Assembly (NCBI GenBank): GCA_946965045.2
Contig: OX337234.1
Location: 682,001-746,000, forward strand
Reading direction: 5' to 3'
Length of the DNA stretch: 64,000 bases
DNA from: Epithemia pelagica
Lineage: Eukaryota; Protista; Bacillariophyta
Positions within the stretch are counted from its first letter, which is position 1. Each line of letters opens with the position of its first letter. The notes beneath the pieces are model-generated. The model ran no database searches. It was given only the letters and a program-made list of their open reading frames with translations, and was not told where the DNA came from. Below, one piece after another: positions 24,291 to 33,405 of this stretch. Both the position numbers and the translations under genes were made by a program.

Positions 24291-26795
24291 TCATAGGCTC
24301 TGTTCCATCTGTTTAACTTCTCGGAGAGAATCCGAAAGACCCTTGATCTGTTCATTAAGTTCTTTGATACGGGGTTCAATCGTGGGATCGGCCTGAACCA
24401 ATGATTCCCAGTCCGCGTTGTTCACACGTACAATCAGAGTGCTCCGAATATGCGTCTTGAAGCCATTGTATAAGTGGTGGTTGAGCTGGAATTTAGACAC
24501 ATACAAGTTAAACTTGAAGAGTGCCACAATGTACTCAAAGCTCCGTTTCAAAATAAGCTCCGTCTCCCCAGATGTGAGCATCGCCGAACGCTCATCCGAG
24601 AGGAATGCAGTTCGAGTAACGGCACGTTGCATCCACTCCTTCTTCAAGAATTCTTTCGCCGCGCTGCCAGTGGTAAACAGACGAGCTAGACTATTCTTCA
24701 CGTTGTCAATCATGGACGCATGGCGTTGATCAGACGCAACCTTGGATACTCGTTCGAATTGCCCTTCATCGTTACGAACAAAGAGTTCGTTTTCTGGTTC
24801 ATTCTCAAGCTCGCTCAGATGCAATGTTGGCAAAGTAGGGTCGATCGTTGAATACATGGGCTCAAGTGAAGAATGAGTATCTTTCGACACCTGTTGTAGT
24901 AGTGTCCATAACATGTCGTCGTATTCAGCGGCAACGAACTTCTCGATTCCGGTTGGCATGAGTTTAAATTCAGCCGAAAACTCGCTTCCTTCCTTAATAT
25001 CTTCCATTGCAATTGTGAAAAATCGGCGAAAGATACACCCGACATGTTTAATCAGGTAATTAATACCAGGATGCGATACGTCCCTCAAACTGACACGAGT
25101 TACTTCGACGATAGCCCGTTCCGAATTTTCTCGCTGTAGGCCACCACTGAGATAACCTGTTGTTGTTGCCACCAAATCTCTTAGCTTGAACGGGTCAGGA
25201 AGAGCATCGATCAAAACAACTATATAGAACTCAATGGCACGTTGATACTGCTTTCCGCCGAGGAACTTTGCCTCAGGATGAATATGCTCTGGGTACTCTT
25301 CCAGCTTAGCGATTCTCTCCCTCCACTCGTCCTCTTTCGCAGAGTGACAGTTGAGTGTCTTTCCTTGCCAATCTGATTCCTCCTCCTCATCAACCTCGTC
25401 TTCTAAGGTCTGGAGCTTGGCCGGAGATTTCTTCGCAAGTTCGAGGTCGCCGTCAAGATAATTGAGAATTCTTTCTTGTAGACGAAAAAGCATCTTGTTG
25501 ACGAGGACTTTGAGCTCGGGAACACTTGTAAACTTCTGTCGATCGAGCAACAACTTTTTCTCTTTTTCACGAAGGTCCAAATCCTCTCGAAGTTGGGATA
25601 TGACTTCGGGCAACCGCTCGACTGTATCTTTGAGCATGATTTCCCGCATAACGTCTTTTGCGGTAGAGAATCCAATGCGCGTTTTTTATTTGTGCATGTA
25701 AGGCCTCATCTTCCCCCGGAGCTGCACTTGAAAGCTCTCGCTCGTGGCCCTCCTGCCACAATTCAAAGCGCTCGGCTTCGTATTTATCAGCCGATTTCAG
25801 CAAATCCAAACGCGCTTCAAAGAGTTTCTCTGTTGAGAGATTTTCCCGCTTCAGTCTTGGAGTCATGACCAGGTGTGGAAAGCACTTGTTGTCGAAGAAT
25901 TCTTTGAAGAAACTGTTCGCTTTGCTGCCAGTTCGAGAATCTTCCAACTGCTTATCGAACTTGTTCATGATGAAAGTGGCATTAGATATCCACTTGTTGC
26001 GGCCACCCAAACTTTCATCGCAAAATGAAATGATGGGATTCGTCGAATACTCTTTCGGCACGAGAAGAACACAGAGCCGAGTGTTGGCTTTCCGCATTTC
26101 ACTTCGAAGGATGATTTTGATATCTTCTCTGTTATCGGCTCCTGTGCTCTTGTTTGAAATGATACCTGAAAAGACAGATGAGCATCTTTTTCCGAAATTT
26201 CCTCGTGTTACTATCTTCGGCACTTACCAGGCGTATCAACGAACCTCATATTCTGGACACCTTTGGACTTGTACACAAGGTGGATCGCTTTCACGCTGAA
26301 CTTATCCGCAGAAGCGAGCATCTTGTTATGAGCTACAATATGCTCAAAGACCTTGTCGACAGAAAGATTTGAGCCTTTACTTTCCTCGGGAAGTTCATCT
26401 CCATAGAGTTGGCAAACGGGCTCCGATAAACTTTCATCATGAACGCAAGTTGTGTCCAAAGGACAACGGGTACCGGTTCCCTCTTGGACAATGTTGAGTA
26501 CATCTCCAAGGAATCGTTCCATGAGAGTACTCTTTCCCGCTGATTGCATTCCGCATAGTACAAAAGTCATGAACGGTGCAGCCTTCCCAAGGAGATCTTG
26601 GTAAACTTTGTTCACTTTTGCGACGAATTGGAGAAGATCATCCTCTCGACGCGACAAGAGTGCAGCAAAACGATTATCGTTCTCTTCCAACGAAAGGCCT
26701 GAGTGGCTTAAAGATTCGTTCGTTCCGTCACCACGGGTCGTGGCACGCGACTTCTTCTTTCGTTTGCGGAGCTTTTTACGCTCTTCTGCCGTCAT
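24291..26795 (-). CDS. Dynamin-related GTPase (DRP5/ARC5-like); intron 26166-26227; one +1 frameshift near 25682-25687
   Basis: G1 GMQSAGKS, G2 GTGTRCP, G3 DTPG (spanning a GTAAGT...TTTCAG intron), G4 NKFD; middle-domain FLGGKQYQRAIEF resembles DRP5 LYGGAQYHRA; coiled-coil GED at the C-terminus. The frame changes in an A6 run (minus strand). Confidence 0.85.
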
Positions 26796-27046
26796 TGATT
26801 TGGTTGTCCAAAGGGAGAAGCGGGAGGGTACGCTTCTTCATATTCGACCATGGTATCCTCAATCGTCATTGTCGGTCGATGCTCAGTCCAATCTTTGATA
26901 CACATGAAATTATGATCCAACATGAAATTATGATCCAACAGCGATTTTCCGGTGACCGATAAGGAGTCGGAGGATCGCCGACTAAGGATCTTGGATCAAC
27001 GAACCCAGTCAGACCAATCACAATGCCTTCAGCAATCTGTGAGAAG

Positions 27047-27147
27047 GCAACCGTCTCTTGCAACCATTCACCAATTATTCTCCGAATTCCACAGTCCAAT
27101 GCAACCTTCTCTTGCAGCCATTCACCAATTATTCTCAGAATTTCACA
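27047..27147. repeat. Two-copy 54-bp tandem repeat; an 18-bp doublet also lies at 26903-26938
   Basis: gcaacc.tctcttgca.ccattcaccaattattctc.gaatt.caca at 27047 and 27101; catgaaattatgatccaa twice. Confidence 0.8.
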
Positions 27148-27412
27148 TGCTACCACTCACCCACCAAGCCACGAGTCAGACCAATTACCATGCTTGATAA
27201 AACGAGGAGGCAAACAAGCAGATGTCTCGAAACGTATGTCTTGACCGGTCCGCGTAATTTTCTCGCAACAACCAACTCTGGTCCATGTTCTAGGTCGTAC
27301 TACGGCTCTGCGTGTTTTCATGCCATCTGGATCCACCAAAAGAGTCCTGTGGTTCCTCTTCCTCCGTCCAACCCTTGGGGGGTCGTTCCCAACAAAGCAC
27401 CATACGTCGTTG

Positions 27413-29308
27413 TTACGGAATCAAACCGGATTCGGTACGAAGTTGATCTTTGCGCTTGAACGAGACAAAGAATCGTTGTTCCAACAAGTACAGGGCCACG
27501 GCTCCCACCAAGGAGAGGGGCGCCAGGAGGCTACAGACTCGGAGGGTTCGCACCATGGCATTGGTAGCAGTTGTTGTCGTCGAACTGGCCAGGAGCGTGA
27601 CGAGACGGATGACCCCCACCGTGGCTGTCGTGGCCGACACTCCGGCCAAGATCCATTTGAGTTGTTGAATGTTGCGCAAGGCCCGACGCATCATGGGCGA
27701 ATGAACGACATGGCGGTGATAGCGGGTTTCCACCACGGCTTGATTCGAGGCCCTATGGTGCGCCAGGGTCAATGCGGGTGGCAATGGGGTATCCACGGCG
27801 CCTGCACTCGCGTCCCGCGACGATCGCGCCAAGCCTTGAAACCAGGGCATGCCATGTCCGACCCGGTCCAACCATTTCCGATAAGCTCCGACAAAGGTAT
27901 CGGAGGATTGCAAGAGCAAAAAGTCTTGGACCGGTTCACGGCCACGACGACGATGAAAATGATCTTCTTGCGTGGCAATCAATCCGACATCTTGTTCCAA
28001 AATCTTACACGCATTCAATTGTCGCAGCCACATGGGTGTGAGTCGAAACTTGAGTCGGGCCATCCAGGGCAAGCCCTTGTTGTACACTCGAAACAAGAGA
28101 CGACTGCGTCGCCAGCCAAGCGGCATGCAGTGCAAGGCGGATGCAAAATAGAGACTTGGTTTTTGTTTCTTCTTCTTGTTGGCATCCATTTCGCCGCTGC
28201 TGCTGCTCTCCTCGTTCTCCTTTGGAGCGTTTTTGCTCCGCATGAGTTGGTCCTGAGTAATATTGGTAATGGGATGGGCCATATCAAAAGTGTTGCGAAT
28301 AATGCCGGGCGCTTCAAAGACCGTGCGGGAAAAAGGTCCGCCTTGTTCCTTGCGCGACAAGGTTCGCATGTATCCGGCAAAGCCACGTCCCGAAACACTC
28401 TTGGGATCCACAATCATGTCGTAGCCTTGGGCTCGTTCCCGCCGGCCTCCTCCCGACGTGCGATCGTGCGAAATGTCAATGTGGGCCGGGTCCACCAAAT
28501 TTTCCACCAAATAGGAATGATCGTAGGGCAAATCAATCAGGACATCGTAGACCAAAAATTCCTCTTCATTGTCGTGCAAGACGCCCGTGCTGGGTGGATC
28601 CCGCGTCGGTTCCTCCTCGCCCATCCAGACCCAGACAATGCCTTCGCAGACCCGACAGGGTCGCATCCGCAAACAGGCACGTTGGGGAATCCGGGCTGTC
28701 GCGTCCAGTTGCGGTATCCGTTGACAGGCCCCATTGTCCTGTCCGGAAAATTGCCAGCCATGATACAAACATTCCAATCGGCCCTGACGAATCCGCCCTT
28801 CGGTCAAGGCCGTGGCGCGATGGGGACAGACATCGTCGGCACAATAAATGGGACCATTGTCTTGTTCCCGCCACACGACCAAGGGCTGTCCAAAGACGGC
28901 CGCCGGGGTCGTTTCGGCCGACTGACTTGGCTGCGGCACGTAGGACGCATACGTCAAGGCGTACCATTGATCTTTCCAATGGTAGTCCAGGTCTGTTTCA
29001 TTTTCGGGTTGCGATTCGGGGACACCTTCCTTCTCGTCGTCGTTGTCCTGGTTGCCTATTTTAGTACCCTCCTCCAAGTCCAATGGTGGTGGTGATGGCG
29101 TCAAGGACTCGGCTCCTCGCAGCACCACCAAATCTTGTCGTCGTTCTTGTTGCTGTTGTGGTGGTGGTGTGAGACGGACCCCCACCGAGTTGCCAAACAA
29201 GGAGGATGGTGTGACAAAGGCATGGGTCGTTGGACCTGTCCACAGAAACAAGAGGACGAGGGTGCAAACGACCCAGCAGCAGTATGGTAAGACATTCGAA
29301 TGCTTCAT
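27413..29308 (-). CDS. Plastid-targeted Rieske non-heme iron oxygenase, pheophorbide a oxygenase / Tic55 / PTC52 family
   Basis: Rieske CPHR...CLYHGWQF; mononuclear Fe site ENLVDPAHIDISH and LEQD; signal peptide ending ...THA-FVTP from ATG 29308; two C-terminal TM segments. Confidence 0.9.
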   Translation of the reverse strand: MKHSNVLPYCCWVVCTLVLLFLWTGPTTHAFVTPSSLFGNSVGVRLTPPPQQQQERRQDLVVLRGAESLTPSPPPLDLEEGTKIGNQDNDDEKEGVPESQPENETDLDYHWKDQWYALTYASYVPQPSQSAETTPAAVFGQPLVVWREQDNGPIYCADDVCPHRATALTEGRIRQGRLECLYHGWQFSGQDNGACQRIPQLDATARIPQRACLRMRPCRVCEGIVWVWMGEEEPTRDPPSTGVLHDNEEEFLVYDVLIDLPYDHSYLVENLVDPAHIDISHDRTSGGGRRERAQGYDMIVDPKSVSGRGFAGYMRTLSRKEQGGPFSRTVFEAPGIIRNTFDMAHPITNITQDQLMRSKNAPKENEESSSSGEMDANKKKKQKPSLYFASALHCMPLGWRRSRLLFRVYNKGLPWMARLKFRLTPMWLRQLNACKILEQDVGLIATQEDHFHRRRGREPVQDFLLLQSSDTFVGAYRKWLDRVGHGMPWFQGLARSSRDASAGAVDTPLPPALTLAHHRASNQAVVETRYHRHVVHSPMMRRALRNIQQLKWILAGVSATTATVGVIRLVTLLASSTTTTATNAMVRTLRVCSLLAPLSLVGAVALYLLEQRFFVSFKRKDQLRTESGLIP

Positions 29309-29723
29309 GAGTTTTGGTTTGTTGTGGTTGTTGTTGATGTTGCTTGTTTCAACGCTCAGTACCAAGACGGCAGAAATGGATCTTTCTGTGGGCACGTTGT
29401 CGACGTTGGAGTGACACGTACGTACGCGTGACTGGTCGTACCTGGAGCGCTCGTGACTCAAAGATTAACGGAGAATCTATCTATTTTAACAAATCTAAAT
29501 GTGTAGGTACTGATGGGGTGTAATCTCCATGGATTTTTTCAACAATCCAAAATCGGTTGGAAAATTGAACTTTTTCGGGTGTCATTTTTTCCAACCAAAT
29601 GTCAATGGAAAAAGATTTTTCGTCAACTTGAGAAGAGAACAATTGCACAACAGAAGAAATTTAAGAGAAAGGAGCGACAGGGTATCCACACATCTCTGCC
29701 TTCTCTCCTCTGCCTTCTCCGCC

Positions 29724-31004
29724 ATGGCCGCCCCGAAATCGTTTGGCTCGGCTACTACTGCTGGTTGGCGTCGATTGGTGACGGCCGAAGATCCGTATCA
29801 TGTCCACAAAACGTTGGGACTCGCGTGTGTGGCAAGTTTTGCCTGGCGCTCTTGCATGATTGGACCCGACGACGATATGGGCTTTGCCCCATATCCCCAC
29901 CTCACGTTGCCGACACTGCTCTTGCACTTGCTTCTCAATCTCAGCAGTTTTGTGTTTGCCATTCCTTCCCAACGCATCAAGACGGGTGGATATCGCATTT
30001 GGCCCGAATATCGATGGCATTCCCTTATTTTTTTGTCGAGATCCCTCGTGTACCTGTTCATGGTCTGGCTCGTACAGCAATATCCACAGGTCCAGGATCC
30101 TCCAGCCGACGACGATGCATTCGCCTTTTTCTGGCGTCGGGCGCTCCATACCTTTGTGTGGGACCGTCATGGCTGGAATTGGCTCTTGGTCCTGGCCAGT
30201 AGTGGGGCCGCCACACTTGCCTCGCAGTCGCAAGGCCCGTATCGGTCCCAGACCATTCGAGACTTGGAGGTTCCCGCTGCGGTGCAATATTACTTTTCCG
30301 TTGCTCAAATTCTGGCCACGACGGCTTGTTTGTGGGGCTTGCCGCATCGGTATAGGACCCACTTTATCTTTTGTGGCATTATCCAAGGCAATGCCTTTCT
30401 CATGACCTTGCGACGCAAAAATGTCGGCTCGCATGGCGGTTTGGTCTTTGGATACTTTTTGATGATTGTCTTGGGCATGGTGGCCTGCAATACCGACAAT
30501 GTCCATCGGGCCAAGTACCAGTACGAATACTTGGGCATGGCCTTGGTCGGCCATACGGCCATTTTATTACGCACCAGTCCGCGATGGACCAACACGACGG
30601 CATTTCACAACCAAAAGCATGCCCAAACAACAAGGACGACTCTTGTGGAGGCAGTCCTGGCCCTGCCCTGGCACTGCTTGTCTCTGCTGCAAAACAACAA
30701 GTTTGTCTTGTGGACTGCCACGTACGTACTGGCCGAATATGTCGCCCGTCCCTTGGTCCGAGACATGGAGGAAGCATCGAGGAATGACACTGTGCCGTTG
30801 GAAACGGCCTGGTTCTTGCCGACCGACACGCAACCACGAGACATTCGCAGGGGCCTCTACGTGTTTTATGCCCTTAGCGTCATGGCCATGGTCGGGATTG
30901 GAGTGACGAAACAAGCGCGCGAATGGAACTGGATGACGACAACAACCACCGCTCCAACCAATCCAGAACGGTCCGTTTCAACGAGTCACAGAAAGGAGCA
31001 GTAA
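29724..31004 (+). CDS. Multipass membrane protein of unknown function (EDPYHVHKTLG N-terminal motif)
   Basis: Long ORF with many hydrophobic segments and motifs RIWPEYRWHSLIFLSR and QGNAFLMTLRRKN; likely start ATG 29724 (MAAPKSF). Confidence 0.75.
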   Translation: MAAPKSFGSATTAGWRRLVTAEDPYHVHKTLGLACVASFAWRSCMIGPDDDMGFAPYPHLTLPTLLLHLLLNLSSFVFAIPSQRIKTGGYRIWPEYRWHSLIFLSRSLVYLFMVWLVQQYPQVQDPPADDDAFAFFWRRALHTFVWDRHGWNWLLVLASSGAATLASQSQGPYRSQTIRDLEVPAAVQYYFSVAQILATTACLWGLPHRYRTHFIFCGIIQGNAFLMTLRRKNVGSHGGLVFGYFLMIVLGMVACNTDNVHRAKYQYEYLGMALVGHTAILLRTSPRWTNTTAFHNQKHAQTTRTTLVEAVLALPWHCLSLLQNNKFVLWTATYVLAEYVARPLVRDMEEASRNDTVPLETAWFLPTDTQPRDIRRGLYVFYALSVMAMVGIGVTKQAREWNWMTTTTTAPTNPERSVSTSHRKEQ

Positions 31005-31148
31005 ACGAGAGGGAACCACCGCGCGCATGTTTGTTTTGTCACTACCAACCATTTCGTGTCTGGAATGGACCGACCCGTCGTACGCACTTGGAGATGCTGT
31101 TTTGTACTATACTCCTACGTTTGTTTGTTTGTTTTGTCCTTATTGCGG

Positions 31149-32719
31149 GAACGACGACCCACCCGTTCCGGTTCCACGGTTGGAACGATCCACCCATTCG
31201 GATACCACCACCATTTTGGTCGGTTCGGTCCACTCGACACGCGCAAGACATGGGATACCCGCTTTCGGGGGTAAGATCTACCACAACTCCTACGACAAAA
31301 GTACCGATCGTAGACCAACCACTGAGAATCTCTTCTGGACACTCTACAAGCCCGAGGCAGACCGACACGAGACGTGGAAGGGGAGCCGCAATAGTCGTAA
31401 CCTTAGGGCGACAGTTCCAGAGCCTACCCAACTATTCCACACTTAAAGCGACCCATAAGCGTTTCCGTGACGGTCAGCATTTTGCGCGTCGCGCATGCTC
31501 GAGCATCGAGCATGCATCGCATATCGCGGAGCATGCCCATTGCCAAGCTTCTGCACCACAAACCACAACCGCAAGCCAAAAAACTTGCCTCCGAAGCCCG
31601 AAGCTCACAGTTGCGCAGCATTATCAATCATCAAACTATGACTGACCCTGATCGAGAAACTTGCGAAACCATCGACATGGAGGTATGTCCTTGTATGATG
31701 AACATTCACTGATGTAGTGATACTTCACGGTATTGCCTACGACATGCGTCAAGTACACATAAACCAGGATGGAAGCCAGAATGGTGGATTGCTACAAAAC
31801 GTGACAGGAAATTGGGAAGCAGGAACCAACGAAAAGAAGCCATACACGGAAACTGAAACTTCCCCATTGCTGTCCAATGTATTTTGACGACTTTCTCACC
31901 TATTGCTCTTTCATGCAAACACTCATTCAGGAACAATTGCGGCGATGTCTTCAAAACAATGAGAAACATCGGTGGGGATTCCTGGCAGGAATCCCAAATG
32001 CAGCGAACGTTATCAGTTGTGCGCATCTATGCGCCACTAAAGATGCCGGAAGGGCGCACAAAGAGGCGGCGGAAGCCGTTGCTAAGGGGATGAAGGAGGC
32101 CCATAAGGAAGCGGCGGAAGCCATTGCACAAGGGCATAAAGATGCATCTTTTTCATTGTCGATTGCCATCGGATTGGGCGCGGTTGCGTATGGTTGGGCC
32201 GCCTGGCTTGGGAGACCCCGCCAAGCACCTCCCTAAAAGGGCAGCCATTCCTATTGCAATGATCCCGTGCGACAGTAAAACAAACGTTCCTGCCGCTGGA
32301 TTACCTTGGAGGATCAGTGAATTTGTCGGTCGTATTGAATACGATCAACGTACACCTGTCCGCGCACCATGATTCATATCAATGTCAAGGCAAAGCCATC
32401 ATCCATAGAGCCTATACTTGGAATGTGTTCGACCGAATTGGACTCTGTCGATAAGCATCCCGTTTTGTGTCCTACAGATAAGAGTCATAAAATATATTAT
32501 AGAGCCTTGTACAAAACGAGCAGGGGAAGCTTTTGTGTCGGATCAAGTCAAGCCACAGTAACAATGATCAGTCCATAATGTCTTCAACAACACTGGGCTA
32601 ATACCAGAGGTTGCGATCTCGTGCGGGGCGGGAGCGGGTTTTCAGATTTTCCTGCAGTCCCCTGCCATCAATAATCCCCAGCGAGGCAAGTGGAAGAAGC
32701 TGTTCGTTTGGATATTGAA
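31149..32719. repeat. Tandem segmental duplication unit, copy 1 (about 1.57 kb); copy 2 is 32717-33165 plus 41138-42304
   Basis: Sequence from gaacgacgacccaccc at 31149 recurs at 32717; copy 2 resumes after the Ngaro element and ends at ...ggatattgaa 42304. GAA microhomology occurs at the junctions. Confidence 0.92.
31877..32236 (+). CDS. Small putative tail-anchored protein with HKEAA helical repeats (copy 1; 5' structure uncertain)
   Basis: AHKEAAEAVAKGMKEAHKEAAEAIAQGHKD followed by hydrophobic SLSIAIGLGAVAYGWAAWL; the frame is conserved in copy 2. Confidence 0.5.
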   Translation: MYFDDFLTYCSFMQTLIQEQLRRCLQNNEKHRWGFLAGIPNAANVISCAHLCATKDAGRAHKEAAEAVAKGMKEAHKEAAEAIAQGHKDASFSLSIAIGLGAVAYGWAAWLGRPRQAPP

Positions 32720-33165
32720 CGACGACCCACCCGTTCCGGTTCCACGGTTGGAACGATCCACCCATTCGGATACCACCACCATTTTGGTTGGTTCGGTCCA
32801 CTCGACACGAGCAAGACATGGGATACCCTCTTTCGGGGGTAAGATCTACCACAACTCCTACGACAAAAGTACCGATCGTAGGCCAAAGGCCAACCGCTGA
32901 GAATCTCTTCTGGACACTCTACAAGCCCGCAGACCGACACGAGACGTGGAAGGGGAGCCGCAATAGTCGTAACCTTAGGGCGACAGTTCCAGAGCCTACC
33001 CAACTATTCCACACTTAAAGCGACCCATAAGCGTTTCCGTGACGGTCAGCATTTTGCGCGTCGCGCATGCTCGAGCATCGAGCATGCATCGCATATCGCG
33101 GAGCATGCCCATTGCCAAGCTTCTGCACCACAAACCACAACCGCAAGCCAAAAAACTTGCCTCCG

Positions 33166-33370
33166 TGTCTGTCGTGCGTACGTCGGAGCAGGGCAGTGGA
33201 TCGCGAGCATGATGGGCAATGACGCGCCTGTCGACGCGCCTCTCGGCGCTTACGATCTTAGCTTCACTCCATCACTGCGCAAGAGTCCAGAGCTCACAAT
33301 CTTGAGACTGTGAGCCTTGCCACTGCCATCTCGAGAGAAGGTCTACATAGATAGATCTAAGACAATCAAA
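33166..33370 (+). repeat. Ngaro repeat A1 (205 bp; identical to A2 at 40778-40982)
   Basis: tgtctgtcgtgcgtacg...gatctaagacaatcaaa is present at both positions. Confidence 0.95.
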
Positions 33371-33405
33371 GTTGTTGTTGCTGTTGCTTTCCTTTTGTTC
33401 CTACG

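Noticed and set aside
27320-29095. 591-aa plus-strand ORF
   Set aside because: Antisense shadow of the PAO-like gene; no motifs.
29309-29461. Upstream extension of the PAO ORF to 29461
   Set aside because: The signal peptide begins at ATG 29308; the upstream part looks like UTR.
29661-30914. Several overlapping ORFs in other frames
   Set aside because: Shadows of the 29724-31004 membrane-protein gene.
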